Assembly (NCBI GenBank): GCA_963788195.1
Contig: CAWBGA010000017.1
Location: 192,001-256,000, forward strand
DNA length: 64,000 nt
Origin: Nitrospirota bacterium
GTDB taxonomy: Bacteria; Nitrospirota; Nitrospiria; Nitrospirales; NS-4
Direction: 5' to 3'
A model generated the notes under the pieces. That model made no database searches and was not told the DNA's origin. It saw only the letters and a program-made list of their open reading frames with translations. The position numbers and the translations under genes were made by a program. The first letter of the stretch is position 1; every line of letters begins with the position of its first letter. This document shows, one piece after another, positions 47,190-59,250 of this stretch.

Positions 47190-47664
47190 GACGTCCCCTC
47201 CTTTCTCCAGAACCATGATCACGGCATCCTCGTACGGATGCTCATAGTAACCTCTGCGCAGGCCTTTGCGCCTGAAGCCGAAGCCCTCATAAAGTCCTTG
47301 CGCCGCCACATTTGAAGCACGCACTTCGAGCAAAGCCGTTTGCGCTCCTTTCTCTGCTGCAATTCGCAAGGCTTGCCCCACTAACTCCCTGGCGATCCCG
47401 TACCGCCGTAACGCCGGTCGGACCGCAAGGTTCATGAGATGGAGTTCTTCGAACACAATCCAAAACATAATATATCCCGCCAGGACTCCTTCTGTAACTC
47501 CGCTCCACTCTCCATGCTCGGCGCGAGCTATCAGATTCGTCGAAAACACGTTGCCTCGTAATTCCCCAAGAAACATCTTCCGCGTCCACGGCTCGGTAAA
47601 CGAGCTGCTGCTCGAGCGCCACCACCTCTTCGAGATCGGTTTCTTGCATCGTCCCAATCTGCAC
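47190..47664 (-). CDS. rimI: Ribosomal-protein-alanine N-acetyltransferase (frameshift ~47605; no stop before DUF465)
   Basis: ELHLMNLAV, LEVRASN, YEGFGF, RRGYY, EDAVIM; follows tsaB. Confidence 0.88.
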
Positions 47665-48417
47665 CTAGAGCCTAGCCTTTAACAGGCGCTTCAACGGTGA
47701 CTTCACCAGCCCCTTCTCCCAATTCAACTCTGCCTCAGCCCGGCGCAGATAGACAGGCTCGACTTCCTTCTCTTGAAGCGTTCCTGTCGGGTTTCTCCGG
47801 ATTTGTCTCAGCGCCAGCTGTGCCACCGTTGCCGCTGTCGGCTTCGCGCTCAAGCCTTCATCTGTCACGCGCGCCCGGCCACGAAAAGCGACCTGCAGCC
47901 GATCTCGGTACGCCGCAACGGCGTCGCCAATGAGGTGGATATCGCCGTGGCTCGGCAACGATGTCTCCAAGGCAAGGGCCTCCGGACTGAGCACAATCTC
48001 TGGGCGCAGCGCCCGAAGTTCGCCGTCTTCACACCTGTAGAATGCCGCGTACACTTCCCCGCGACCGGCGTGCAGAACGGCGCAGACCGTTCCCTGCCCC
48101 AGTCTGTAACTCGCCGCTAAGGCCTCTAACGTACTGACGCCGAACAACTTCGCATTTGTCCCCAGCGCAAAGCCTTTTGCGGTCGCGAGCCCGACGCGGA
48201 TCCCGGTGAAGGATCCCGGCCCCACGGACACCGCCACGGCGTCAATGCTGCCTGGACTAAGCTGGGCCTCTCGCAGCAGCGAATCAATCATTGGCAGCAG
48301 CGTTCCGCCGCCCGTGCCCGGGCCCGACCAGGAGGCTTCGGCTAAAACCTGTTGATCTTCTAAGAGGGCAACGCTCTGCGAGGCGGTGGCAGTCTCTATT
48401 CCGAGAAGCCGTATCAA
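47665..48417 (-). CDS. tsaB: tRNA threonylcarbamoyladenosine biosynthesis protein
   Basis: LGIETAT, GPGSFTGIRVG, PVYLR. Confidence 0.93.
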   Translation of the reverse strand: MIRLLGIETATASQSVALLEDQQVLAEASWSGPGTGGGTLLPMIDSLLREAQLSPGSIDAVAVSVGPGSFTGIRVGLATAKGFALGTNAKLFGVSTLEALAASYRLGQGTVCAVLHAGRGEVYAAFYRCEDGELRALRPEIVLSPEALALETSLPSHGDIHLIGDAVAAYRDRLQVAFRGRARVTDEGLSAKPTAATVAQLALRQIRRNPTGTLQEKEVEPVYLRRAEAELNWEKGLVKSPLKRLLKARL

Positions 48418-49289
48418 TTGGTCTCCAATGCGGACACCCGCACGTCTCCGGTCACCCCCCAGTCGTCTGGCGACAGGTCGGGATTAGGAACGATCTCACG
48501 AAAAGTAAGCACCAGCTTTGCGCGTCCGCTGGCATCCTCCGCCCGAACAAGGTAGGGACGGACAATCTCGACCACCTGTCCCTTGGAGTCTGCAGCCACC
48601 GAACCGACCGGCCGATAATCGTGAAAGATAATTGTCGCCTGTGTTTGCCCCTCGGAACCTAAAAACTCCTCGCGCACAAGTTCGAGCGTACGCTGATCGT
48701 ACCAGAGACGACGCCCTCCGGGGCCATGCACCGAAGGGGTCACTTCCAGCACATACAAGCCGGCTTCATCACGGAGCGTAAGACGGTCTGTGGCCGAGAC
48801 TATGGTGCCGTTCAAGTTCCCCAGCGTTGCCTGGACGCCCAACAGTACCGACGGACCTAATCCGTGATGTTGGTCTAAATCGGTCACGCGGCCGGTTAAT
48901 GATTTGCCCTGCATCGGAATCTTCATCTGATAACGGTCGTCGATCAGCGTGAGATCAAAGATCGGCAAGCCGATGCGGGCGAAGGTTCGCAAGCGGATCT
49001 GATTCGGGCGCTGATAGACCATCGCCGCCTCCATCCGCTGGGTTCCCTTGATTTCCTTTCCGGTAGCTTCAATTGAAAATTGCGCCTTTAGTGTCTGGAT
49101 CGCCGCCCCCCGTTCCTGCAAGCGGGCGACTAATTCCTGCGCTGTCAACATGGGCGGCGGAGGTGCAACACTTGGCGGGCGGGACACTGTGCTACAGCCC
49201 ATTGAAAGCGTCAGCCATGCAGAGATGCTGAGAGTCACAAAGACCGAGGAAGCGCCTGGAGTTCGTATTGCCTTAACCCAGGACGGCAT
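48414..49289 (-). CDS. Hypothetical lipoprotein (LolA/LolB-like fold suspected); start uncertain
   Basis: Lipobox-like SMGC; RPNQIRL; coupled to tsaB. Confidence 0.6.
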   Translation of the reverse strand: MPSWVKAIRTPGASSVFVTLSISAWLTLSMGCSTVSRPPSVAPPPPMLTAQELVARLQERGAAIQTLKAQFSIEATGKEIKGTQRMEAAMVYQRPNQIRLRTFARIGLPIFDLTLIDDRYQMKIPMQGKSLTGRVTDLDQHHGLGPSVLLGVQATLGNLNGTIVSATDRLTLRDEAGLYVLEVTPSVHGPGGRRLWYDQRTLELVREEFLGSEGQTQATIIFHDYRPVGSVAADSKGQVVEIVRPYLVRAEDASGRAKLVLTFREIVPNPDLSPDDWGVTGDVRVSALETN

Positions 49290-50753
49290 TCAGTGCGTCC
49301 CCCACTTCCACAACTCCTACCAGTTCCACAGACTCCATAGGCGGAAGCTTCTGTAAGTTGCGTTCCGGCAAGAGGCAGCGGAGAAACCCCATCTTTGCCG
49401 CCTCCCGGAGCCGTGTCTCCGCCTGGCCGACCGCGCGAATTTCTCCGCCCAAGCCTACTTCGCCAAAGACGACCGTCGTCGGCGAGATCGGTCGATTGCG
49501 AAAACTCGAGGTCACCGCTGCAACGATGCCCAGATCAAGGGCCGGCTCATCGATGCGGAGCCCCCCCACGACATTGATATAGACGTCCTGGCCCGCAAGA
49601 TTCAGGCCCATGCGTTTTTCCATCACTGCGATCAGCAGCGCGAGCCGGTTCGCCTCCACGCCATTGGCCATCCGCCGAGGCATGGCAAAGCTCGTCGGAG
49701 AAACCAGCGCTTGCAGTTCGACCAGAATCGGGCGGCTGCCTTCCAGACAGGCGATCACGACTGAACCGGTGGCCTTCTGCGGACGCTCGGAAAGGAACCA
49801 GGCGGAAGGGTTCGCGACTTCCCCAAGTCCGGCATCGGTCATTTCGAAGACGCCGATCTCATTGGTCGAACCGAAACGATTTTTGACGGCCCGCAGAATA
49901 CGGTAGGCGTGACTCTTGTCACCCTCAAAATAGAGGACGGTATCGACAATATGTTCCAATGTACGCGGGCCGGCAATGGTCCCATCCTTCGTCACATGCC
50001 CGATCAGAAAGACCGGCGTGCCGCTTCGCTTGGCGTAGAACATAAGTTGCGCAGCCACTTCCTGTACCTGACTGATGCTGCCCGGAGCGGACGTTAAATG
50101 ACTGGTAAAGGTGGTTTGAATCGAATCAAGCACCAGCGCCACGGGACGCACCGCATCGATCGCTTTGAGCATGTCCTCAAGATTGGTCTCGGGCAAGACC
50201 AACAGGGCCGGTGAGTTGATGCCGAGACGATCGCATCGCATCTTGATCTGGCGAGGAGACTCTTCACCGGAAATGTATAGGACTTTTTTCCTCCCGGGCT
50301 GGAGGCTACCGGCACCGATTCCTGTTCCCTACTCCCCCATTGCACCCGCCCAGGCGCTGCGAGACAGCGCCTGATCCCGTGGCCTGGAATCTGCCGGGAC
50401 AGATTCCTTTTCCCCTCGGCAAGATGCGGCAGGATCTGCAATAACAGAGTCGTTTTCCCGATGCCGGGATCTCCCCCGACTAGAATCACTGACCCCGCGA
50501 CGACGCCTCCCCCTAAAATGCGGTCGAACTCTCCGATGTGTGTGGGAAGGCGACTCTCCGCCCCGGATAGAATTTCCGGTAAGGGTAACGGCCCAACAGG
50601 GCCGTCAATCTGCCGGGGTCGCCCTTTTCCCACCTCGGGAGAGCGCTCTTCCTGCATGCTGTTCCAGTTTTTGCACTCTGGACACCGCCCGAGATGGCGG
50701 GGAAACTGATAGCCACACTGGCGGCAGCGGAACGTCGTTTTGGACCGTATCAC
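49273..50753 (-). CDS. radA: DNA repair protein RadA/Sms with ~40-codon insertion and frameshift ~50288
   Basis: C4 zinc finger CRQC...CPEC, Walker A GDPGIGKT, KNRFG, GEVGLGGE. Confidence 0.94.
50290..50414. repeat. Palindromic element inside radA coding sequence
   Basis: Hairpins 50351-50373 (9 bp) and 50386-50407 (8 bp); 18/21 direct repeat at 50309-50329 and 50394-50414. Confidence 0.65.
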
Positions 50754-50812
50754 GAGGACAGGTTCCTCCTCTCATCTTAGCGAAGCGCACCCTCAAGGTC
50801 AATTAGCGCGAC

Positions 50813-51558
50813 CTACCCAGACGGGCCATCTCTGTACAGCCACAACTGCAAGGCGATCAGCAGAATAAGTCCCGGCCATGCCAATCGCCAGGCCCAATGC
50901 TTCTTCGGAATTGACCCTCCGATAACGCCGGATGTAGCAAGCCTGGAGGATCCGGCCGCAATCGCTGTCGAGCCCATGAACAGATGATGCATCATGATGG
51001 AATGACTGCCCGGGTGATTGCCGTGCTGATGTAACAACAGCATCAGCCCACCGACTACCGCAAGGATCGGAAGCGGCAGGGTCCAGGCCGGATGCCTTCC
51101 TGTTCGCATACCATCTCACCCCTTCGATCGTGCCGACGCCTAACGAAAGCAACGCAAACAGCTTGTGTTGCAGGATTTCCCAATCCCCCCCGAAAAAGGT
51201 TTGGGTAAAGCTGAGCGACCCTATTGGCCAAGCGTCATGATCGCTCCACCCTAGCAAATAGCCTCCAGCGACGAGCATGGCCAGCGGCAGGACGAACCGT
51301 GTCCAGGCCAGTGACCGAAGGAGCAAAGGCGGCTCGAAGTTCGCTGAGACCGATCAGGAGCACGAACGCCGCAAAGATATGATGGTTAAATTCCGAATAC
51401 GCAATGCCGTCCGGCGATCCTTCCCATTGCGGAGCGCCGCTGGCCTCATGAGCCATGGTATGTTCGCCGGCAAGGTGCTGCGCAGAGATCGAAGTCGAAA
51501 GCGACAATACCAAAACCAATGCCAGCCAGAAATAGGATGAAGTGAGTGTTTCCATCAT
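50813..51558 (-). CDS. His-containing integral membrane protein (about 2 frameshifts)
   Basis: EGSPDGIAYSEFNHH, WSDHDAWP, QHK, LHQHGNHP, MMHH across three ORFs. Confidence 0.65.
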
Positions 51559-51586
51559 TTCCTTTCGGGTGATCGGACCTACACAA

Positions 51587-52330
51587 TCACGCTGCTGCCA
51601 GGCGCCTTCCCACATCCTTCCAGTCTTTCGGCTGCAGGACCCCCGCCGGCCATTTATGACGGGAGGCAGCAGGCGGGGTGACGGCACGTCGGCCTCTGTC
51701 CAGGAACGCCTTGGCCTCCCCGGGCGTGCCGGCGAGACCTGCCCTAATGCCTGTCCAGCCCTCCGCCTGCAGGCGGTCCAACTCGTCCGCAAAGCCTTGA
51801 TCTCCGCGAATAAGAACCATAGGACCAGGTGGTACACGATGGCGATCAGCCCACTCCCGAAGACCGCTAAGTTGCAGGGGATCGGAAGCACACAGATAAA
51901 TGAGGGCATGCCGGCGCGCGAGCGTCGACAGCATCCTGACAGCCTCGGGTTCGGGATCAGGAAAATCCCCATCGGATTTCGCGAAGGGGAGGATGGGACC
52001 CCGGAATGTTGATCGTAGAGTCAGCGCATGCAACGAGATCAGGATTACCGAGCGATTTCGCTCCCAAACAAATAGCCGGGCTGTGGCGTCTGTCGCGGCG
52101 GACCTTCGGCTGCGGGCCAGACGCGCCGACACAACTGCCATCCCCAAAGTCGTGGGGACAAAGGTCTTGACGGCCCGGCCGTCTCCTCCGGTCATGGCCT
52201 GACCGATCGGCCGGCCTTGATGCTGCAAAGAGGAGCACCTCGCCGCCCAAGCCCGATGTCTTCAAGAAATGTTGCTGGAGCAACTCTGCCGTCAACGTGA
52301 CGGATTGTCGCGGCGCGGTCAGAGCGTCAT
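51587..52330 (-). CDS. Hypothetical protein (frameshift ~52225; start uncertain)
   Basis: DALTAP...GLGGE / IGQAMTGGDGRA...; same strand as flanking genes. Confidence 0.5.
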
Positions 52331-52360
52331 GCAGGATAAGGTGCGCGCTGGGTGAGAGTG

Positions 52361-52600
52361 TCAGATGATGCCATACCCCCGCTGGGCAATTGAAAAAGCG
52401 TCAAAGGCCGAAAAGATTCCGAGCGCAAGGAATGCCACGTCGGCAAATACCATGAGTTCGGCAAAATGAAGATACAGCAGCAATACGCTTGGTATCGCAA
52501 ACCAGAATCCTCGCCGGTGTCCCAGAAAGATGTGCCCAAGGCCTGCGAGCGCAAGACTCAATGCAGCTGCAAATACCGCTCGCCCCATCCTAGTCGTCAT
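52361..52600 (-). CDS. Small membrane protein (79 aa)
   Basis: AAALSLALAGLGHIFLG; hydrophobic throughout. Confidence 0.6.
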   Translation of the reverse strand: MTTRMGRAVFAAALSLALAGLGHIFLGHRRGFWFAIPSVLLLYLHFAELMVFADVAFLALGIFSAFDAFSIAQRGYGII

Positions 52601-52845
52601 ACGCTTTCGCCCGAACAGCCGTCTCGCAACACACGTCGCCGCCAGCGCTTAGCGGTCCTTTATGGCTTGCGGCCCGCGGTGCCAGTGTTGTGCAATGGAT
52701 GCCGATGCCAGCAGCCAACGCGGGTCGAATGCAGGACACTAACACACAGAGCAGAGAGTGACCCTCCGTCATAAGGGTCTCTGGGGCATACCGAGGTAGG
52801 CTAATCTCCCCGAGAGTGAAAGGCAGTACGTACAAGCGGATTGTT

Positions 52846-52874
52846 TTGACAATCGCCGGACTGCCCTGTAGACT
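52846..52874 (+). promoter_or_regulatory. Putative sigma70 promoter for uppS operon
   Basis: TTGACA-N17-TAGACT. Confidence 0.6.
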
Positions 52875-52906
52875 GCTGACAATTCCCGCTAGGATCTTCC
52901 CTGCCC

Positions 52907-53725
52907 ATGACTAAAAGCACAGCGGCGGAACTCGAGGTTCTCTCGGAACCAGAACTGCAAGCCCTTCTCGATCTCGATGCGCTCCCGCAACATATCGCCA
53001 TTATTATGGACGGGAATGGCCGTTGGGCGGCGCAGCGGGGACTGCCTCGCCTGGCCGGGCACACCGAAGGCATCAAATCGGTACGGGAAATGATGACGCT
53101 GTGCGGAGAGTTGGGGATTCGTTCGCTGACGATTTACGCCTTTTCACAGGAAAATTGGAAGCGACCGGTGCCGGAGATCAACTCCCTGATGATGCTCCTG
53201 GAATGGTACCTGCAGATGGAAATGGAAGCGCTGATCGAGAAAGGCGCCCGGTTCCGCGCCATCGGACGGGTCAACAGCCTGCCCGCATCAGCGCTCGGCT
53301 GGGTAAAACGCGTAGAACGGGAAACGGAGCACTGCGACAAACTCAATCTCACTGTCGCATTGAGTTACGGCGGGCGCTCAGAAATCGTTGATGCGGTCCG
53401 GCGTCTCGCGAATGATGTGCGGCAAGGTGATCTCGAACCCAACCAGATCGACGAAGGCGTCCTTGAAGGCTATCTCTCCACCCATGGCTTGCCTGACCCG
53501 GACCTTCTTATCCGGACCAGCGGCGAAACACGGATCAGCAATTTTCTGTTGTGGCAGTTGGCCTATACAGAGATGTATTTTACGCCGATCCTCTGGCCCG
53601 ACTTTAGACGCCGCGAGGCGTTGCTCGCCCTCCTGGATTATCAACGCCGCGAACGCCGTTTCGGCAAGACCCGCGATCAGATCCAAGAACCTGTGGCCGA
53701 TATATACGGCGAAAGTCAGACATAA
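52907..53725 (+). CDS. uppS: Undecaprenyl diphosphate synthase
   Basis: HIAIIMDGNGRWA, FSQENWKRP, IRTSGETRISNFLLWQ. Confidence 0.97.
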   Translation: MTKSTAAELEVLSEPELQALLDLDALPQHIAIIMDGNGRWAAQRGLPRLAGHTEGIKSVREMMTLCGELGIRSLTIYAFSQENWKRPVPEINSLMMLLEWYLQMEMEALIEKGARFRAIGRVNSLPASALGWVKRVERETEHCDKLNLTVALSYGGRSEIVDAVRRLANDVRQGDLEPNQIDEGVLEGYLSTHGLPDPDLLIRTSGETRISNFLLWQLAYTEMYFTPILWPDFRRREALLALLDYQRRERRFGKTRDQIQEPVADIYGESQT

Positions 53726-53739
53726 GTCCTGCAGTATCC

Positions 53740-54562
53740 ATGATCGATTCGGTCTCTGTGGGTCGTCGCAGGATCTTGTCGGCCGTCGTATTCCTGCCAT
53801 GTTTCTTTGTCCTCGTGCGCTACCTACCACCGGTCGCATTCTTCGTGTTTGTCGGGATCGGGATTCTATTAGCCGAGTACGAATACTACCGGTTTCACTT
53901 CACGGAGCGTTGGTCCGGCAACATTGGAACAGGCTTGGCCTTGGGGATGCGTGGTGACCGCCACCTTTGCTTTCCCCGGCCGAATCTCGGCCCAGGCGCT
54001 CATCACCTTTATCATCTTGGCCATTCTTCTGAGCCAATTAGTCGCAGGCCGCGATATGCGGTACACGCTTCAAGATTCCGCGATCCTGGCATTCGGTGTC
54101 TTTTACATTGCCTGGCTGCTCAGCCATCTTATTGCGATTAGACAATTCAATGAAGGAATTGTTCTCGTCTTTTTTCTCTTTCTCGTTACATGGGCCAACG
54201 ATACTGCGGCCTACTATTCCGGCATGCGTTGGGGAAGACATCCCATGGCGCCTGTCGTCAGCCCCAAGAAGACCTGGGAGGGTGCGGCCGGCGGGCTGTT
54301 AGGTTCCATCGCTGGAGCCTTCGCCTGCCGCGCATGGTTCATCCCCTCGCTCAGCACCGCCGATGCGCTTTGGTTGGGTCTGTTGCTGGGGGTCGCCGCA
54401 CCGCTTGGAGACCTGTGCGAATCCATCTTAAAACGCAGCGCGGGTGTAAAAGACTCAGGCTCACTGATCCCCGGTCACGGCGGCATTCTGGATCGCATTG
54501 ATAGCTTGATCTTTACGACGCCCGCGTTCTACTATTATCTGCTTAGCATCCACACTCCCTAA
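53740..54562 (+). CDS. cdsA: Phosphatidate cytidylyltransferase (frameshift ~53945)
   Basis: SPKKTWEG, GDLCESILKR, KDSGSLIPGHGGILDRIDS. Confidence 0.94.
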
Positions 54563-54574
54563 AAGCTGGGAACC

Positions 54575-55754
54575 ATGAAAAAAATCGTCATCTTAGGCTC
54601 GACCGGGTCAATCGGGACCAACACGTTGGACATTGTCTCGAAGTTTCCCGGCAAGTTTAAGGCGATCGGACTGACGGCGGGCACGAACGTTGATAAGCTC
54701 GAGGAGCAGGTGCGGACATTCGAGCCGACCATGGTCGCGATGTCCGATGAGGCCGCAGCGCGGGAGCTGCGCGCTCGATGCCAAGGGCTTCGCACCACGG
54801 TCGTGAGCGGAGTTGCGGGCCTTCTTGAGACTGCGACGATGGCCGAAGCGGATTTGGTCATCTCCGCCATTGTCGGAGGCGCCGGGCTGGTTCCGACCCT
54901 GGCGGCCATCAAAGCCGGCAAGTCGATCGGGCTTGCGAATAAAGAGCCGATGGTCATGGCCGGCCGGCTGATGCAGGAAGAAGCCCGAAAGGCACAGCGT
55001 CAGAATCTTCCCTATCGATAGCGAGCACAGCGCCTTGTTTCAATCGATGGAAGGGCACCGGGTGGTGGATATCCGCCGGCTGATCCTGACGGCTTCCGGC
55101 GGACCGCTCTGGAACATGACGACCGAACAGATGAAGGACGTCACACCGAAGCAGGCGCTTCAGCATCCCACGTGGAAGATGGGGCCTAAGATTACGATCG
55201 ATTCGGCCACGCTGATGAATAAGGGACTGGAGGTCGTCGAAGCCCGATGGCTGTTTGATATTGCGCCCTCCCAAATAGAAGTCCTGATCCATCGGGAAAG
55301 TATTATCCACTCGCTTGTTGAATACTCCGATCGTTCCGTCATCGCCCAACTCGGCCTCCCTGATATGCGCACCCCTATCTCCTACGCCATGAACTATCCG
55401 GAGCGCCTGCCGTTGGATTTACCGTCTCTCAATCTTGCGGAGATCGGCCGGTTAAGCTTTTGTGAGCCGGATGATGCCCGATTCCCGTGCCTGCGCCTTG
55501 GCTATGAAGCGCTGAGGATCGGAGGCACGATGCCGGCTGTCTTGAATGCTGCCAATGAAATCGCGGTGCAAGCGTTTTTAGACCATCGGATCGGGTTCTT
55601 AGACATTGCCGCAACAATCCGCCGGACGATAGACGCTCATGTGCCCACGGAGGTCCTGACTCTGGAGGACGCCCTCCATGCCGACACGTGGGCAAGGGGA
55701 CACGCGACCGGGCTGATAAACGTTCTCTCCGCACCCTCGGCTGTGGTACACTAG
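54575..55754 (+). CDS. dxr: 1-deoxy-D-xylulose-5-phosphate reductoisomerase (frameshift ~55000)
   Basis: LGSTGSIG, LANKE, LTASGGP, HPTWKMGPKITIDSATLMNKGLE. Confidence 0.96.
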
Positions 55755-55759
55755 ACCGT

Positions 55760-56864
55760 ATGCAAGCCATACAACACTACGGGTTTTACGTCGCGACCTT
55801 TATTGTCGCGCTTGGTTTTCTCGTGGCCTTCCATGAGTTCGGTCACTTCTGGGTCGCTCGACGAGCGGGTGTCAAGGTCCTGAAGTTCTCGATCGGCTTT
55901 GGCCCGAAAATCCTGGGGCGGCAGATTGGTGAGACAGAATATCTCCTGTCCGCCATTCCCCTCGGCGGATACGTCAAGATGTTGGGCGAGGACAGCGGGG
56001 AGGAGATCAGCGAGGCCGACAAGAAACGCTCATTCTCCCACGCTCCGCTCTATAAACGGTTTGCCATTGTCGCCGCCGGCCCGATCTTCAACCTGCTGCT
56101 CGCCTACCTTATCTTCACCATCTGGCTGGCAACCGGCGCCCCCGTATTCGTACCCTCGTTTGCCGATCTTGCCTCCTCCGTCGAAACCGTGGTCGCGGGC
56201 TCGCCGGCGGAAGCGAGTGGGATGAAGAGCGGCGACCGGATCATTCAAATCGACGCCAAGAGGATCAGCACATGGAACGAGATGACGGACATCGTCAAGC
56301 GCAGCCCGGGAAAGCCCTTGTCGGTGGTGGTCGAACGTGACGGCGGAACGACCAACTTGACCGTCACCCCGGGTACCCGGAAAGAGACCCAGGAGGACGG
56401 GACAGAAAAAGAGGTGGGCCAGATCGGTATCACCAAGTCTAACAAGGCCTTGCTCGGCGGCGACAATCCACTGCTCGCGCCATGGGACGGTCTTCGCGCC
56501 ACATGGGGATGGACCGAGCTCACGCTCGTCGGCATCTGGAAGATGATCACACGCGAGGTCTCGGCCGACAACATCGGCGGCCCCCTCACGATCGCGAAGA
56601 TCTCCGGAGACGCCGCGACCCAGGGGTTCTCCAATTATATCTTCTTGATTGCCATCCTGAGCATCAACCTGGGCGTCCTGAATCTCCTTCCTATCCCGGT
56701 GCTGGACGGCGGCCACCTGGCATTCTTTACGTTGGAAGCCATTCATGCGACGCCCTGTCAGCCTGCGCAGCCGTGAGGTGGCGCAACAAATCGGCATCTT
56801 CCTGTTGATCTGTCTCATGCTCTATGCCTTCCGGAACGACATCCTGAACGTCTGGCCGAAGTAA
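55760..56864 (+). CDS. rseP: RIP metalloprotease RseP (frameshift ~56745)
   Basis: HEFGH, PLGGYV, PDZ region, [11 protein letters not shown]. Confidence 0.95.
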
Positions 56865-58579
56865 TGCGCCAATCGCGGCTGCTGATTCCCACCCTGAGGG
56901 ATGATCCTGGGGAGGCGGAAATCGTGAGCCACCGGCTGATGCTGCGGGCCGGGATGATCCGAAAAGTCGCCGCCGGCATCTATGTGTACCTGCCGCTCGG
57001 CCTACGCGTCATCCGCAAGGTCGAGCAGATCATCCGCCAGGAGCTGAACAAGTCCGGCGCGCAGGAATTGCTGATGCCGATCGCCTCGCCCGCCGAGCTC
57101 TGGCAGGAGACCGGCCGCTGGGATTTTTACGGCAAGGAGCTGTTTCGTCTGAAGGACCGCCACGAGCGGGACTTCTGCCTCGGCCCCACGCATGAAGAGG
57201 TGATTACCGACCTCGTACGCCGTGAAGTCCGGTCGTACCGCCAGCTTCCCGCGAACTTTTATCAGATCCAAACCAAGTTCCGCGACGAGATCCGCCCCCG
57301 CTTCGGGCTCATGCGCGGCCGGGAGTTCATCATGAAGGATGCCTATTCCTTCGATGCCGACGAGGCCGGCGCAGCGGAGAGCTACCGCAAGATGTACGAG
57401 GCCTATATGGCTATCTTCACGCGGTGCGGGTTGAACTTTCGGCCGGTGGAGGCCGATACCGGACTCATCGGCGGCACCTCTTCACACGAGTTCATGGTGC
57501 TGGCGGATACCGGTGAAGAAGGCATTGCGGTATGCGATGCCTGCAACTACGCGGCCAACGTCGAGCGCGCGGAACTGAAGGAGTCGCCGTTGGACATACA
57601 GGCGGCATCAGCTCAAGAAAAACGGCTGGTTCCCACGCCGGGGCAGAAAACCGTCGAAGACGTGACAGCATTTTTGAACGTGACGGCCTCGACACTGATC
57701 AAAACCCTGGTGTATCTTGCCGATGGAAAACCTGTGGCGGTCCTTCTGCGCGGCGACCACGCCGTCAATGAAATCAAGCTGAAAAAACTCCTTGGCGCTG
57801 CGGAGTTGATCATGGCTGATGCGGCCACCGTCGAGAAACTCACCAGGGCGCCGGTGGGATTCGCGGGTCCGATCGGTCTCTCCGGGGTGAGCATTGTCGC
57901 CGACTTCGCTGTGAAACACGTGGTCGATGGCGTCGTGGGCGGGAATGCCGCGGACCGTCATTGGGTGAACGTGACTCCCGGACGCGACTTCATACCGGAC
58001 CGGTACGCCGATCTTCGCAATACGGTCTCCGGCGACGCGTGCCCGCGGTGCTCGCAGCCGCTGCGGATCGTGCGGGGCATCGAAGTGGGTCATGTCTTTA
58101 TGTTGGGCACCAAGTACAGCGAGAAGATGAGGGCGACCTACCTGGATCAGCAGGGCCAGGAAAAATTCATCGTGATGGGCTGTTATGGGATCGGCGTCGG
58201 CCGCTCAGCCGCAGCGGCTGTCGAACAGAACCATGATGCCAAAGGCATTCAGTGGCCGGCCCCCATCGCGCCTTTTCATGTCCACATCCTCCCTCTATCG
58301 GATAAGTCGGGAAAAGTCGCCGCGACCGCCGGCGATTTGGAAAGACAGCTGGAAGAAGCCGGCATTGAAGTATTGCTGGATGACCGCGATGAGCGGCCGG
58401 GCGTGAAATTCAACGACGCTGACCTGGTCGGTATTCCCTACCAGATTGTGATCGGCGAAAAAGGGCTCGCACAGGGTCAGGTCGAACTCAAAGAGCGTCG
58501 CACATCAACCGTGACGAAGCTGGCCCCTTCCGGAATGCTTCCTCATCTCAGAGAGCTCCTTGCGCCAGTCCTGATCTGA
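56864..58579 (+). CDS. proS: Proline--tRNA ligase (with editing domain)
   Basis: [39 protein letters not shown]. Confidence 0.98.
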   Translation: MRQSRLLIPTLRDDPGEAEIVSHRLMLRAGMIRKVAAGIYVYLPLGLRVIRKVEQIIRQELNKSGAQELLMPIASPAELWQETGRWDFYGKELFRLKDRHERDFCLGPTHEEVITDLVRREVRSYRQLPANFYQIQTKFRDEIRPRFGLMRGREFIMKDAYSFDADEAGAAESYRKMYEAYMAIFTRCGLNFRPVEADTGLIGGTSSHEFMVLADTGEEGIAVCDACNYAANVERAELKESPLDIQAASAQEKRLVPTPGQKTVEDVTAFLNVTASTLIKTLVYLADGKPVAVLLRGDHAVNEIKLKKLLGAAELIMADAATVEKLTRAPVGFAGPIGLSGVSIVADFAVKHVVDGVVGGNAADRHWVNVTPGRDFIPDRYADLRNTVSGDACPRCSQPLRIVRGIEVGHVFMLGTKYSEKMRATYLDQQGQEKFIVMGCYGIGVGRSAAAAVEQNHDAKGIQWPAPIAPFHVHILPLSDKSGKVAATAGDLERQLEEAGIEVLLDDRDERPGVKFNDADLVGIPYQIVIGEKGLAQGQVELKERRTSTVTKLAPSGMLPHLRELLAPVLI

Positions 58580-58631
58580 TCTGCCAGAATTGTCTCTGCC
58601 AAACCCTGTTCTCTGTTGCCACGGCGATTTC

Positions 58632-59237
58632 TTATCTCACCAGTAGACGCTCGCCCACATGGATTTCGTTGTCGGCGAGCCCGTTGAGTTCTCGGAGCTT
58701 GTTGACGCTTGTCTTGTAGCGCTTGGCAAGACTGAACAGAGTGTCCCCTCGCTTGACCTCATGATGGACGCCGCCGGCCTTATCCTCATGCATTCCGGCA
58801 GAACCCCTGCTGTTCGAACCCTTCCCAAGGCTTTCAGACTGGAGCTCTCCGAGTCGGTCCGGGGGCTCGGTCGGCGCAGGCGACACCCCAGGGCGCCGGG
58901 GCTTTGCGACCGCACGGCGGCTCTGAACATCTTCCTGGAGTCGCCCGACCTCTTCCAATGAGCGCACGACCTGTGACCGGGCGTCCTTGAGCTGGTCCGA
59001 AATCTGCTTGTTCTGCGCCTCCAGGTCGCTCACCTGACTTTTCAGCCGCGCGACTTCAGAGCTGAGGTCCGAACTTCGCTTCTCTTCGTCGGCAAGCAAC
59101 CGCTGCAAGTTGGTCGTTCGATTGACCTGTTGAGTATAACTTTCCTTAGTGACGCAGCCCGTCAGGCTCAGGATCACTCCCAGGATCATCAACAACACTG
59201 AGTTTGTCCAGTGCGGTGTGACGACGTGATCGGTCAT
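58632..59237 (-). CDS. LysM-domain lipoprotein with coiled coil
   Basis: Lipobox LTGC; C-terminal HEVKRGDTLFSLAKRY...LNGL...IHVGERL. Confidence 0.88.
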   Translation of the reverse strand: MTDHVVTPHWTNSVLLMILGVILSLTGCVTKESYTQQVNRTTNLQRLLADEEKRSSDLSSEVARLKSQVSDLEAQNKQISDQLKDARSQVVRSLEEVGRLQEDVQSRRAVAKPRRPGVSPAPTEPPDRLGELQSESLGKGSNSRGSAGMHEDKAGGVHHEVKRGDTLFSLAKRYKTSVNKLRELNGLADNEIHVGERLLVR

Positions 59238-59250
59238 CAGGTCGGCCTCC

